Notes: generated from the sequence alone by a model not told the origin. A DNA stretch of 64,000 nucleotides from Sphingomonadales bacterium (GCA_034668585.1 JAXDPB010000007.1:19051-83050); one strand, 5' to 3'; positions 30,552 through 41,417 are shown, numbered from the stretch's first letter. Numbers and translations: made by a program.

Positions 30552-31613
30552 CTAGCCGGCGAAGGCGCGCCTGCGGTCGCTCGGCCGCCAGTCGCCGAAG
30601 CCGACGATCGAGACCGCGGTTCCGGGAGCCGCATCGGCGATCTCGACGTTGGCGCCCAATTGCTTGGCAAGCGCCTCGATGATGCTGGAGCCGAGGCCGG
30701 GCCGCGCGCTGAACGGCTCCACCGGAATGCCGACTCCGTTGTCGCCGACGGACAGCCTCCAGGCCGCGCCGCTGGCGTGATAGTCGACTCGGATCGTACC
30801 GTGCCGGCCGCCGGGAAATGCGTGCTTGAGAGCGTTGATCACCAGCTCGGTGACCATCAGGCCCAGGCTCACCGAAATGTCCGCGGTGGTGACGCTGTCG
30901 TCCGCGCAGACCTCGAGCGAGAGCTGGTCGTGATCGCGGATCATAGAGGCGCCGATGCTTCGGCACAGATCGGTCAAATAGGGGCGTAGCTCGACATTGC
31001 CGAGCCTCGAGGCGGCGAGCTGCTGCTGCACAGAAGCGATCGACATGACCCGGCTATGTGCGTCGTAGAGATGGTTCCGAGTCTCGTCCGACTCGACCCG
31101 GCGCGCGCTTTGCAGAAGCACGCTGGCGATGATCTGAAGGCTGTTGGCGACCCGGTGCTGCAGCTCCTGGAGCAGGATCGCCTTTTCGCGCAGCAGATTG
31201 TCCTTGAGCTTGGCGTCGAGGCGGGCGTCGGTGACGTCGGAAATCGAAAGCAGCAAGCGGACATTGGCGGTATCCTCATAGTCCAGCTTGTGGGCATCGA
31301 GAACCAGCCGCCGGTCGTCAAGGCCGGCTCGCCGGAGATCGAGCTCATGGGCTTCGATCCTGCCATGGCCGGCCACAGTTGCCCTCAGCCGGGACTGCAG
31401 CTGGGGCATGTTCCATTCGCCCGCGCCGAGCGCGGCAAGCGTACGCCCCGCGACCTTGCCGGGATCGATCCCGAAGGCCAGGCAGAAGGAGGTGCTCGCC
31501 GCGATCACGCCGAGGTTGCCGTCGAGCAGCAGCAGCGGCGTGTTCGACGCACCGACCATGGCCAAGGCCAGGCTATTGGCCGCTTCCGAGTGCATGATGG
31601 CGAGGCTATCCAT
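30552..31613 (-). CDS. PAS + HisKA_2 histidine kinase, paralog 3 (353 aa)
   Basis: MVGASNTPLLLLD, ELQHRVANSLQII, LMVTELVINALKHAF, VGDNGVG, GLGSSII. Confidence 0.88.
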   Translation of the reverse strand: MDSLAIMHSEAANSLALAMVGASNTPLLLLDGNLGVIAASTSFCLAFGIDPGKVAGRTLAALGAGEWNMPQLQSRLRATVAGHGRIEAHELDLRRAGLDDRRLVLDAHKLDYEDTANVRLLLSISDVTDARLDAKLKDNLLREKAILLQELQHRVANSLQIIASVLLQSARRVESDETRNHLYDAHSRVMSIASVQQQLAASRLGNVELRPYLTDLCRSIGASMIRDHDQLSLEVCADDSVTTADISVSLGLMVTELVINALKHAFPGGRHGTIRVDYHASGAAWRLSVGDNGVGIPVEPFSARPGLGSSIIEALAKQLGANVEIADAAPGTAVSIVGFGDWRPSDRRRAFAG

Positions 31614-31974
31614 GGCGAATTCCCGCGGCCGGGGGGCCCGCAACTTGAGAACCGTGCCCAACCGCAATGTCGACGAAGTCGTGGTCCGTAGACGGGCCGG
31701 CGGCAATCGATGGCTGAACTTATCATGGATCAGCCACCGTAAGTATGCTCAAGAATACGGTAGTGATGCGTCGTCGATTGCGGAGCATAGTCAGCAGTAA
31801 ACTTGGGACGGCGGCCTGCTCGTGGGGGAACATAAGCCGCCGCCCCGCCGACAAGACCGGCCTGTCAGCCACCATGTGTTTAGTCCCCGCCAAGCATAAA
31901 GAAATAGGGGGGCATTACGGTACGGACGCCCCGGACGTTCAGCGTCACTGCAGGCCGTACAAGGGAAATGCGAA

Positions 31975-34740
31975 TCAGGCGATAGAGGGCTGCGGAGAAC
32001 CAGACCGCTCTGGTCGTGCGCCGATCGCCATGATCAGACCCTGAATTGCCGCTTGGGCCAAACCCGGCGTGGCGTCGCCCTCGCTCTGCCCGATCATCTT
32101 GATCTCTCTTTCGACCTCCGCAGCGAGGTCGCCGAGGCCGGCCTTACCGAACATGCCGGCAGTTCCCGCGAGAATATGGGCAAGCCCGGCCGCTTCGCGG
32201 AGCAGAGCCGAGGCTTGCCGATCGCCTGCGCCCGCAAGCTCGGCGACAATCTCGGCGAGCCGCCCGCCCGATTTGCGCAACCTCGCCTCGAAGCGCACCG
32301 CACTGGACGCTGTCGCCAGTTCGCGAAAGCCCATCGCAGGGTTTGAGGATGGGGTAAGGTCGCCCCACAGCTCTACCGCCTGCTTCAGCTGGGCGAACCC
32401 GCTCGGCTTGGCGATATGATCGTTCATGCCCGCATCCCGGCATTGCTGCATCTCGATCGCAAAGGCATTGGCGGTGAGTGCGAGGATCGGGATCGTCGCT
32501 GCCCTCCCGCCAAGCGCGCGGATGGCGCGGGTCGCGGCGAGCCCGTCCATCACCGGCATCTGGATGTCCATGAGGATGAGGTCCCATGCGCCCGGATCGA
32601 GCTCGAGCCGGTGCGCCATGGCGAGCGCTTCGGCGCCGTTCCCGGCGAGGTCGACGCTGTGGCCGAGCCGAGTCAGCATTTCGGTGATCAGCTCCTGATT
32701 GATGTCGATATCCTCGACCAGGAGAATCGAAGCCTGCAACCGCGTCGGTGCGTCCAGAAGCGGGCTCGCCGCAGGGCTTTGCGGGACGGGTCTGATTGCG
32801 GTGCGAACCGGCACGACGACCTCATCCAGAGGAAGTGCGAGAGTGACAAGAGTCCCTTGATTCTCGAGGCTGTCGAGCACGATCGTTCCACCCATCAGGG
32901 CCACGAGGCTGCGGCTTATGCTCAGGCCCAGGCCGGAGCCACCGAAGCGGCGCGAAGTCGAGGCGTCGGCCTGCACGAACGCGTCGAAGATCGCCGCCTT
33001 GCGTTCCTCCGCGATGCCGACCCCGGTATCGGCGACCTTGATCAGGATGATCCGACTGCCGGCCGGCCCGACCGCTTCGCTTAGCGCTACGGAGACGGTA
33101 CCGTGATGAGTGAACTTGACCGCATTGCCGAGCAGATTGAACAGGATTTGGCGGAGGCGCAGGCTGTCGATCAATACGCAGTCCGGGAATCCGTCGGCCA
33201 ACGCGACCTGCAGGGCGAGGCCCTTTTGCTCTGCCGCGGGAGTCATCAATCGGACGCATTGCTTGATGTCGTGCCGTACGTTCGAAGGCTCGGCATTGAG
33301 GTCGAGCTGGCCCGCCTCGATCTTCGACAGATCCAATATATCGTTGAGCAATTTCAAAAGCGCCTGGGCCGATTCCTGGACGAGCAGCAAATGACGGCGC
33401 TGCTTGGCGTCGAGCTTGCTGTCCATGAGGAGCTCGACGAAGCCCATGACGCCGTTCATCGGCGTCCGGATTTCGTGGCTCATATTGGCCAGGAAGGCGG
33501 CCTGGGATGCGGACGCTGCCTCCGCTTCGCGTCGCGCAAACTCGAGCTCGGTGACATCGATGATTACGCCGAACATGGCTTCCGGCTCGCCCTGCGCATC
33601 GCGCTCGCAGACGCCGAGGGATCTGACAAAGCGGACCTCGCCGGTCGGCCGAAGAAAGCGATGACCGATTTCCCAGTCGCGACATTCGCGCAGCGCTTGC
33701 TCGACAAGCGTGCGGGGGCCTTCCCAATCGTCAGGATGGAAGCGCCCGAGCTCCTCGTCGAGACTCGGTATCGTGCCGACGGGCAGGCCCAGGATCGCCG
33801 AGACCTCGTCGGACCATTGCATCGCGCCGGTGGACCACTCGATCCGCCAATGACCGATATGTCCGACCTGCTCGGCATGGCGATAATAGCTTTCGCTCCG
33901 CCGTGTGGCGAGCTCGCCCCGGCGTCGCGCACGATCGGCACGGAGCAATGCAATTATGCACCCGGTCAGCATGACCGAAGTGACCAGCAAATTGGTAAAG
34001 ACCTGAAGGGCCGTTCCATCTTCCGTACCGACGATCACGGCGGCGAGAAGCACGAACGGAAGGGTCGAGCGCGCTACCGATCCCGCGACCCCGCGATCCA
34101 GAAGATAGCCCGTCATGCCGGCCTCGGACCGGATGCTGGCGACTCCAATGGCCAGAGCGATGAGCGCAAGGGCGGAATAGAAGGACATCCTGATGCGGAT
34201 GATCCCATCGAGACCTAAGCCGTCGAGTCCGTATCCGACCGCCGCGAACAACGCGATCGCCATCACGACCGTGCACAGAAACTGAGTGGCAAGCCCGGCC
34301 CGGCCGTGGCTCGACGGGCCTGTAAGCAATCCACCGCCCAGGAGAACCAATGCCAGGGCGACACCCGCCGGCATATCGCTGGCTGGCATGTCCCCCGCCC
34401 CAGCGAGCCGATCGGCAAACAGGTATTGATCGATTGCGAATGGTAGGCCGAGAAGGATCTGAGCCAGCTTTGTGACACCGACGCTAATGATGGCGATCGT
34501 CAGGATCGCGAGCAAAAAGGTCGGGCGGCGAGGCGGAAGTGTCAGCGCAAATGCAGCAAGAAGGCATGTGATCGCAGTCATCGGATTCATCGCGCCGAGC
34601 CCCGGCGCCAAGTCCGCCAACCCCCGATGACCCGCCGCCCAGCCGAACAGCACGATCACGGCGATCCCGCCCGCGAACGCTGCGGCGCAACGGCGAATTC
34701 GCGTCGTCAGTTCGAGGCGCGCAGGATCGCTACCGGGCAT
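31975..34740 (-). CDS. Membrane-bound hybrid histidine kinase (TM-PAS-HisKA-HATPase-REC-Hpt, 921 aa)
   Basis: Multiple N-terminal TM segments, PAS, FLANMSHEIRTPMNG, NLLGNAVKFT, DTGVGI, GSGLGLSI, LVEDI...LMDIQMP...AKP, C-terminal AHILAGTAGMFG. Confidence 0.92.
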   Translation of the reverse strand: MPGSDPARLELTTRIRRCAAAFAGGIAVIVLFGWAAGHRGLADLAPGLGAMNPMTAITCLLAAFALTLPPRRPTFLLAILTIAIISVGVTKLAQILLGLPFAIDQYLFADRLAGAGDMPASDMPAGVALALVLLGGGLLTGPSSHGRAGLATQFLCTVVMAIALFAAVGYGLDGLGLDGIIRIRMSFYSALALIALAIGVASIRSEAGMTGYLLDRGVAGSVARSTLPFVLLAAVIVGTEDGTALQVFTNLLVTSVMLTGCIIALLRADRARRRGELATRRSESYYRHAEQVGHIGHWRIEWSTGAMQWSDEVSAILGLPVGTIPSLDEELGRFHPDDWEGPRTLVEQALRECRDWEIGHRFLRPTGEVRFVRSLGVCERDAQGEPEAMFGVIIDVTELEFARREAEAASASQAAFLANMSHEIRTPMNGVMGFVELLMDSKLDAKQRRHLLLVQESAQALLKLLNDILDLSKIEAGQLDLNAEPSNVRHDIKQCVRLMTPAAEQKGLALQVALADGFPDCVLIDSLRLRQILFNLLGNAVKFTHHGTVSVALSEAVGPAGSRIILIKVADTGVGIAEERKAAIFDAFVQADASTSRRFGGSGLGLSISRSLVALMGGTIVLDSLENQGTLVTLALPLDEVVVPVRTAIRPVPQSPAASPLLDAPTRLQASILLVEDIDINQELITEMLTRLGHSVDLAGNGAEALAMAHRLELDPGAWDLILMDIQMPVMDGLAATRAIRALGGRAATIPILALTANAFAIEMQQCRDAGMNDHIAKPSGFAQLKQAVELWGDLTPSSNPAMGFRELATASSAVRFEARLRKSGGRLAEIVAELAGAGDRQASALLREAAGLAHILAGTAGMFGKAGLGDLAAEVEREIKMIGQSEGDATPGLAQAAIQGLIMAIGARPERSGSPQPSIA

Positions 34741-34800
34741 CGTCCTGCCCTCTGTTTCGGGCCTCCGGAGCAGTGGCGCATATCGTTGGCCTGCGGGACA

Positions 34801-35247
34801 TTATCGTCGGCCCCAACCGTGCTCGGCCTGGCGGCCGGACCCAAGCGGTGGCTGCATGGTCGCGGTGAGCCGCCGCGCCCGCCCCTGCTCGACAAGAATT
34901 TCGGCCCAGGAAACCAGCTGGTCGGGATCGAACGGTTTGCGCAGATAGTCGTTGGCGCCGGTTCGCATGGCGATCGCCTCGTCAGCTGCGCTGCGGCGAC
35001 CGGTGAGCATCAGCACCGGGGTTGCGAAGCAGGTTCGCGAGGTCCGGATTTGCCGGAGTGCCTCGATTCCACCCAGCTCGGGCATCGTGCAATCGAGAAT
35101 GACCAGCTCAGGATGCGTAGATTCCACTTCGCGGAGAACCGAAAGCCCGTCGTGGAGAGCGTGCACCACATGGCCGCGGGCGTCGAGCGCTTCGCTGATC
35201 ACGGCAACGACGATCTCGTCGTCATCAGCGAGTAGAATCAATGCCAC
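34801..35247 (-). CDS. Response regulator (receiver plus short tail)
   Basis: AAGGAG before GTG 35247; LLADDD, ILDCTMP, LMLTGR, DYLRKPF. Confidence 0.88.
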   Translation of the reverse strand: MALILLADDDEIVVAVISEALDARGHVVHALHDGLSVLREVESTHPELVILDCTMPELGGIEALRQIRTSRTCFATPVLMLTGRRSAADEAIAMRTGANDYLRKPFDPDQLVSWAEILVEQGRARRLTATMQPPLGSGRQAEHGWGRR

Positions 35248-35344
35248 GGAAATCTCCTTCAAGATCCGATTATGAATGCTGTTCCTCGCTTGGGGACCGG
35301 CTCGATCCCGCCGCGCATTCTAGCGGGGGCGGATGGGATTATGA

Positions 35345-36757
35345 TTACGCCCGCATAGAGTAGTTCTGCGGCAGGCGGCGATTGTAGACACCCGGAAATT
35401 CAACCCTTTCGGGGACCGCAGGGAACGAGGTCTCCAGCCTGACCTTGCCGCCGCCACGGGCTATCGCGGCCACACGTTGGAAGAGGGTCGGCCCACGCGG
35501 TAGAGAGGCATCGCACTCCCCGGTCGAGCCGTCCGCATCGTGGGCCCTGGGCGCCGAAATGATAGTCGACCGCATATTGTGGTTGCTGAGCAGCAGAACC
35601 TCTTCCGCATCGGCGATTGATGCCGTCGGAGCAGGATCGGCTGCGAACAAGTCCCCTACTGCCGGCTCCAGGTCCATTACCTCCTCCGCCGTCGGGGACG
35701 GCGGCTTCAGAAGGGCGGCTTTAGCGTCCGCCGTGCAAGGCAAAACCGCCGCGGGGAGCCTCGCCCGAAGGCACTGTTGCCCGCCAGGCGCCTCCGCCGC
35801 GATATCGAGCCCCGTCGCCACGATCGATACGCGCATGCTACCCTGCATCAGCGGGTCGATTGCGGAGCCCCAGATGATGTCGGCCTCGGGGTCGATCAGG
35901 TCCTTGATGTAATTGGCCGCCTCGTCGATCTCCATCAGCCGCATGTCCTCGCCGCCGACGATCGAGATGAGCAGGCCGGAAGCCCCTTTGATGGCGCCGT
36001 CGAGCAGGGGGTTGGAGATCGCCATTTCCGCCGAGTGCATCGCGCGATTGTCGCCCGAGGCCTCGCCGGTGCCCATCATCGCCTGGCCCATCCCGCCCAT
36101 CACCGAGCGGATGTCGGCGAAGTCGAGATTGACCAGGCCCGGCATGACCATCAGGTCGGTGATTCCGCGCACGCCCTGTTGGAGGACCTCGTCGGCCATC
36201 TGGAACGCTTCCTTGAAGGTCGTGTCCGGGTTGGCGATGCGGAACAGATTCTGGTTCGGGATGACGATCAAGGTGTCGACGTGCTGGCGCAATGCCTCGA
36301 TTCCGGCCTCGGCGATGCGGCCGCGGCGGGTGCCTTCGAAGCTGAACGGCTTGGTGACGACGCCGACGGTGAGAATGCCCTTGGCGCGCGCGGCCTTGGC
36401 GATGACCGGGGCCGCGCCGGTGCCGGTGCCTCCGCCCATGCCCGCGGCGATGAAGCACATGTGGCAGCCGTCGAGCGCGAGATTGATGGCGTCGATCGAT
36501 TCTTCCGCAGCCGCCTTGCCGATCGCCGCCACCGAGCCTGCCCCAAGCCCACCTGTGACTTCGGCCCCGAGCTGGATCGGGTGAGCCGGAAAAGCGGCGG
36601 TCAGGGCCTGCGCGTCGGTGTTGGCGACGACGAACTCGACCCCCGTAACGTCGCCCGCGACCATGTTCGCGACGGCATTGCCGCCGGCCCCCCCGACCCC
36701 GATGACGATGATGCGCGGACGCAATTCATCCGCGCCCAAGGGCTCCAGCTCAACCAT
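35345..36757 (-). CDS. ftsZ: Cell division protein FtsZ (orphan copy, 470 aa)
   Basis: [51 protein letters not shown]; not in a dcw cluster. Confidence 0.95.
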   Translation of the reverse strand: MVELEPLGADELRPRIIVIGVGGAGGNAVANMVAGDVTGVEFVVANTDAQALTAAFPAHPIQLGAEVTGGLGAGSVAAIGKAAAEESIDAINLALDGCHMCFIAAGMGGGTGTGAAPVIAKAARAKGILTVGVVTKPFSFEGTRRGRIAEAGIEALRQHVDTLIVIPNQNLFRIANPDTTFKEAFQMADEVLQQGVRGITDLMVMPGLVNLDFADIRSVMGGMGQAMMGTGEASGDNRAMHSAEMAISNPLLDGAIKGASGLLISIVGGEDMRLMEIDEAANYIKDLIDPEADIIWGSAIDPLMQGSMRVSIVATGLDIAAEAPGGQQCLRARLPAAVLPCTADAKAALLKPPSPTAEEVMDLEPAVGDLFAADPAPTASIADAEEVLLLSNHNMRSTIISAPRAHDADGSTGECDASLPRGPTLFQRVAAIARGGGKVRLETSFPAVPERVEFPGVYNRRLPQNYSMRA

Positions 36758-36973
36758 GATTATCTCCCCAGGCCGGTGCCTCGACTTGCGAGTCGCCGCA
36801 GCGGCCTGTCGTTAACCTTCATGTCGGATTCGGATGCACCGGCCTATGGCGTAACAATACTGTTCGCCTCGCTGGCAGCGTCGGCCTTTGCCCTGGGAGC
36901 CCGCTATGGTACAAACGATTGTTCCGCCGAGCGTGGATGGGCGCGTCTGGTCTTACGAAGAAATGCCCCGCCG

Positions 36974-38416
36974 ATGATCGCAGCGACAAGGGATACCGGC
37001 ATCGAGCCATTGGGCGATTTGCCCTGGGGCACACACGTTTGCCTGTTCTATGAAACCAAGCAGGATGCCCTCGACACCCTGATCCCCTATTTCAGAGCCG
37101 GATTGCAAAGCCGCGAGCGTTGCGTCTGGGCGGTGTCCGACCCGATCGAGGAAAAAGACGCGAGGACCGCACTTCACCGATCGATCCCGGATGCCGGGCA
37201 GCTTTTGGCGGATGGCGTGATCGAGATCCTGCCGGGCCACGAATGGTACATGGCGGGTTTCGACCACGGCATGAAAAACATCGTCCGCGGGTGGGAGGAG
37301 AAATTGGCCGTCGCGCTCGCCACCGGCCATGAGGGATTGCGCATCAGCGGCAACGCCTTCTGGCTGCAAACCGGCCAATGGGATGCGTTCGCGGAATATG
37401 AGCATGAGGTCGATTGCTCGCTGGCGGGCCAGCCGATGATCGCTTTATGCACTTATTCGCTTCAGCGTGCTCACGCGGCTGAAGTCCTGGACGTCGCCCG
37501 AGCCCACGAATTCACCCTCGCACGTCGCCACGGTCAGTGGGAGCGGATCGAAACGCCGGAATTGAAGCAGGCTAAGCGGGAAATTCAAAGATTGAAGGCG
37601 GAGCTGGAGGAACGCGTGATCAAGCGTACCGCCGAGCTGGCGGCGGCGAACGCACGGCTCGAGGCGGAATATGCCGAGCGGGAACGGGTCGAGGCGGTGC
37701 TGGAAGAGGCGAAAGTCGCCCTCTATCGCAGGGTTCGTTTGACCACGGCAGGCGTCCTCGCCGGTTCGATCGCGCACGAGATCAATCAACCCCTCGCTGG
37801 CATCGTCACCAACAGCGAGGCGTCGCTCCGATGGCTGACGAACGAGGAACCCGACCTGGATCAGGTCAGGGCCGGTCTCGGCCGGATCGCGCGCGATGCC
37901 AATCGGGCCGCGGACGTGATCAAGCGGATCCGCGCGCTGGTCGCCGGCAGGATCGAACGTTCGAAATTCGATATCAATGAGGCCTTGGGCGAAACCGTCG
38001 CCCTGATGAAGGCGACATTGCAAGCCCACCAGGTCGGAATGCAGCTGGTGCTGGGAGCCGGCCTGCCCGCTGTGGTCGGCGACAAAGTCCAGCTGCAACA
38101 GGCCATCATCAACCTCGTGACCAACGCGGCCGAGTCGATGGCGGATGCAACCGGCCCCCGGGAGATAATCATCGGGACGAGCCTTGCCGAAGGAGGCTGG
38201 CCGATGGTGACGATAGAGGATCGCGGCCGCGGTCTGAGCCCGGAGGCTAGCGATCATATGTTCGAACCGTTCTTTACGACGAAGGAAAAGGGGATGGGCC
38301 TGGGCCTCTCCATCGCCCGGACGGTGGTCGAAGCCCATGGCGGATCGCTTTCGGCATCGCCTGGCCCTCTTGGAGGGACCGTGTTCCGGTTCACAATCCC
38401 GGGCGCATCGCCGTGA
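36974..38416 (+). CDS. MEDS-domain histidine kinase (480 aa)
   Basis: PWGTHVCLFYE...YFRAGL...ERCVW MEDS pattern, GLRISGN, ALCTYSL; IAHEINQPL, NLVTNAAESM, DRGRG, GMGLGLSI. Confidence 0.88.
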   Translation: MIAATRDTGIEPLGDLPWGTHVCLFYETKQDALDTLIPYFRAGLQSRERCVWAVSDPIEEKDARTALHRSIPDAGQLLADGVIEILPGHEWYMAGFDHGMKNIVRGWEEKLAVALATGHEGLRISGNAFWLQTGQWDAFAEYEHEVDCSLAGQPMIALCTYSLQRAHAAEVLDVARAHEFTLARRHGQWERIETPELKQAKREIQRLKAELEERVIKRTAELAAANARLEAEYAERERVEAVLEEAKVALYRRVRLTTAGVLAGSIAHEINQPLAGIVTNSEASLRWLTNEEPDLDQVRAGLGRIARDANRAADVIKRIRALVAGRIERSKFDINEALGETVALMKATLQAHQVGMQLVLGAGLPAVVGDKVQLQQAIINLVTNAAESMADATGPREIIIGTSLAEGGWPMVTIEDRGRGLSPEASDHMFEPFFTTKEKGMGLGLSIARTVVEAHGGSLSASPGPLGGTVFRFTIPGASP

Positions 38417-39039
38417 GCGACGCTCCCGCCACCGTGTTCGTCATCGACGATGACCCTTCGGTGCGGGAGGCCATTCAAAGCCTGCTCCTGTCGGTCGGCC
38501 TGCGGGTGGAACTCTTCGCCTCGGGGCAGGAATTCCTCGTCGCGTGGCAACGCGCCGGGCCGGCTTGCCTGGTTTTGGACATCAGGCTGCCTGGGCGCAG
38601 CGGTCTCGACTTCCAGGACGATCTGGCCCGGACGCGGATTCAATTGCCGGTGATCTTCATCACCGGCCACGGCGATGTGCCGATGTCGGTGCGAGCGATT
38701 AAGGCCGGCGCGGTTGAATTCCTGACCAAGCCGTTTCGGGATCAGGACCTTCTCGACGCCATCCAGACGGCCCTGGCGCGCGACCGCGCGGCTTTGGAGG
38801 AAGAAAGAACCTTGGCGGATCTGCGCCGGCACTGGGCGAGGCTAACCGCGCGTGAGCGCGAAGTGATGCGGCACGTGGCGAGCGGTCAATCGAACAAGCA
38901 GATCGCTGGCGCGCTGAGTCTTAGTGAGCCAACAATAAAAACACATCGCGGACAGGTCATGCGCAAAATGTGCGCCCGATCTATCACTGACTTGGTCAGA
39001 ATGGCCGACCGCCTCGACAGCGTGGGAAGCGATACCTGA
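38413..39039 (+). CDS. FixJ/NodW-like response regulator (REC + LuxR HTH)
   Basis: GTGA coupling with the kinase; VIDDD, VLDIRLP, ITGHGD, EFLTKPF, LTAREREV, TIKTHRGQVMRKM. Confidence 0.92.
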   Translation: MSDAPATVFVIDDDPSVREAIQSLLLSVGLRVELFASGQEFLVAWQRAGPACLVLDIRLPGRSGLDFQDDLARTRIQLPVIFITGHGDVPMSVRAIKAGAVEFLTKPFRDQDLLDAIQTALARDRAALEEERTLADLRRHWARLTAREREVMRHVASGQSNKQIAGALSLSEPTIKTHRGQVMRKMCARSITDLVRMADRLDSVGSDT

Positions 39040-39042
39040 GAT

Positions 39043-39169
39043 TGATACTATGGTGTCGATAGACTCGGCATTGATCTATTCAAAGCCTATCTCAAATGTC
39101 ATAGACGCGCCCTTTACAGGAAGCCCATCAGCTTCGAAAGCGAATCGGAACTCGGCAATGGCGCCTCGC
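39043..39169 (+). promoter_or_regulatory. Conserved ~127-bp non-coding element, copy A
   Basis: Colinear with 40645-40772: shared blocks tgatactat.gt.tc, tctattcaaag, atgtcatagacgc, atcggaa.tcggcaatggcgc.tcgc. Confidence 0.7.
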
Positions 39170-39360
39170 TACCGCACATGACTGCCTGACCTGCGTCGAT
39201 CGGGAGAGCACTGCCTGCCTATGGCGTAACGATACGGATCGCCTCGGGCGGATCGGTGTCGACGCCCTGCCGAGGGGACCATGCTCAAGTTCACAATCCC
39301 GACAAGGAGGCCTATTCGGGCAATCGGGGCGCGTTGGTCGTCCCCGAGCGAGGACGAGCC

Positions 39361-40356
39361 GTGCTCATCACGATCTTTGCCCCCAACAACGTGCATTTGC
39401 TCGAGATCGCCGGGATACGCGATGCGCTTTTCGAGGCGAACTGCAAGATGCAATCCGGACAGCCCTATCGCGTTCGGCTGGTAACCGAGCAGGGCATTAC
39501 CACGGAGAGCGCATCGGGCGTGAAGTTCGTCCCCGATGCGGGTGTACGGGAAGCGACCCAGCCTTCCGACACCTTGATCGTCGTTGGGCCGTATGGAGTG
39601 CCGGATAGTGCAAGCGAAGACGTTACGCGCTGGCTGCGGGAGCAGGCCCTGCAGTCGCGACGCTATGGCTCGACTTGTACGGGCGCCTTCCTGTTGGGCC
39701 GGGCAGGACTGCTGTCGGGGCGACGCGTTACGACCCACTGGGAATATGCCCAACGCCTTGCCGGCGAATATCCCGATATCCGTGTCGAGCCCGACCGCAT
39801 CTTCGTTCGAGACGGGCCGGTATTCAGCTCCGCAGGGGTGGCCGCGGCGATCGACCTCGCCTTTTCGCTGATCGAGGAGGATCATGGGCGCGCTCTGGCC
39901 CTATGGGTGGCACGCCGACTCGTCGTTTTCCTGAAGCGGCCCGGCGGACAGTCGCAGTTCAGCGCGGCCTTGACCGCGCAGACCGCAGCCACCAGTCCGA
40001 TCGACAGGATTCGGCTTCACATCCTCGAAAATCCGCGCGCAGATCTGGGTCTCGCGGCGCTTGCCACGGTGGCCGGTGTGAGCCCGCGCCACTTGTCCCG
40101 GCTGTTCCGCGCCAAGTTGGGCATGAGCCCGACCGCGTATGTCGAATTGACTCGCGTCGATATCGCCCGACGCCTGCTGGAAGACAGCAACGCGCCGATC
40201 AAAACCATTGCCTATGCCGCGGGCTTCGGATCGACAGCGACGCTCAGACGCGCATTGCTGCGTGGAATTGGTGTTACCCCCCGGGAGTATCGCCATCGGT
40301 TTCAAACCACTTCCGACGACGCAAGACACGACGAAAGTGACGCTGGTTTGTCCTGA
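39361..40356 (+). CDS. GlxA-family transcriptional regulator (DJ-1/PfpI + AraC HTH)
   Basis: GSTCTGAFLLGRAGLL.GRR.TTHW, SSAGVAAAIDL, RPGGQSQFS, SPRHLSRLF, GFGS...LRR. Confidence 0.92.
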   Translation: MLITIFAPNNVHLLEIAGIRDALFEANCKMQSGQPYRVRLVTEQGITTESASGVKFVPDAGVREATQPSDTLIVVGPYGVPDSASEDVTRWLREQALQSRRYGSTCTGAFLLGRAGLLSGRRVTTHWEYAQRLAGEYPDIRVEPDRIFVRDGPVFSSAGVAAAIDLAFSLIEEDHGRALALWVARRLVVFLKRPGGQSQFSAALTAQTAATSPIDRIRLHILENPRADLGLAALATVAGVSPRHLSRLFRAKLGMSPTAYVELTRVDIARRLLEDSNAPIKTIAYAAGFGSTATLRRALLRGIGVTPREYRHRFQTTSDDARHDESDAGLS

Positions 40357-40644
40357 ATTGTCGCCCGCCTGACGTTGTGGCGACGAGGCGGGTGCGGCAT
40401 GGTCGCGTGGCAGTCCATCGACAGGAGCAACAGCGTTCAATCCGATGCGATGGCCTTTCCTGGCTGAGCGGGAAGTGACGCGATTTCTGGTGAGCAAATG
40501 GAATAGCAGACCGTCAGCCCGCTAAGTCCCAGTGAACCAACAATAAAGAGCCGCCCTAGTAAGTTATGCGAAAAGTGCATACTCAGTCCGTCACTGGCTG
40601 ATGAGCGGCCGACCACCTGGAAATGCGGAACGGCCTTTTGAAAC

Positions 40645-40772
40645 TGATACTATAGTATCAGCAGACATGACGATTAGTCTATTCAAAGTCCGTCCGTCAT
40701 GTCATAGACGCCAGTTTTATAGTCAGGCCATTAACGCCGAAACTTGATCGGAAATCGGCAATGGCGCGTCGC
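40645..40772 (+). promoter_or_regulatory. Conserved ~128-bp non-coding element, copy B, with perfect 18-bp palindrome
   Basis: ctgatactatagtatcag (40644-40661) is its own reverse complement; the element ends across the ATG of the downstream regulator. Confidence 0.7.
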
Positions 40773-41417
40773 GCATCTATAGCAGATCGAGTACAAACGG
40801 ACGGGGTTGAGCCCAATCTCGTCGTCATCGTCGACGACGACCCTTTCGTCCGCGAGGCCGTGAAGGCCCTGCTCCTGTCGGTGGGCCTCAAGGTGAATGC
40901 CTTCGCGACGGCACATGACTGCCTTGCCTGCATGGATCCGCAGAACACTTCCTGCCTCGTACTCGACGTCAGATTGCCGGACATGAGCGGCCTGGACTTC
41001 CATGATGAGCTTAGGCGCGCGAACATCCCCGTTCCAGTCGTCTTCATCAGCGGATACGCGGATGTTGGAATGTCGGTGCGCGCCATGAAGGCGGGCGCCG
41101 TCGAGTTTCTGCCTAAACCGTTTCGCGACCAGGACCTGCTGGACGCGGTTCAGCGGGGCATCGAGGAGAGCCGGAAGTGGCGCGAGAAGGAGGCTGCCGT
41201 GGCAGCCGTAAAGGCGCGCTGGGCCAGGCTGACGGCTCGCGAGCGCGAGGTGATGGTTCGCGTGGTCAAGGGCTTGCGAAACAAGGCGATCGCGGTGGAA
41301 CTTGGCATCAGCGAAGTGACCGTGAAGACTCACAGAGGGCAAGCCATGCTCAAGATGGGCGCCCGCACACTGCCCGATCTGGTACGAATGAGCGATGCGC
41401 TCGATCAGACTAGTTAG
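40761..41417 (+). CDS. FixJ/NodW-like response regulator (REC + LuxR HTH)
   Basis: IVDDD, VLDVRLP, ISGYAD, EFLPKPF, LTAREREV, TVKTHRGQAMLKM. Confidence 0.92.
   Translation: MARRASIADRVQTDGVEPNLVVIVDDDPFVREAVKALLLSVGLKVNAFATAHDCLACMDPQNTSCLVLDVRLPDMSGLDFHDELRRANIPVPVVFISGYADVGMSVRAMKAGAVEFLPKPFRDQDLLDAVQRGIEESRKWREKEAAVAAVKARWARLTAREREVMVRVVKGLRNKAIAVELGISEVTVKTHRGQAMLKMGARTLPDLVRMSDALDQTS

Noticed and set aside
39169-39885. 238-aa minus-strand ORF
   Set aside because: Antisense to the clear GlxA-family regulator; no motif.
40357-40640. Possible IS or sRNA remnant in the intergenic gap
   Set aside because: No terminal inverted repeats, transposase motifs or strong hairpin that I can support.
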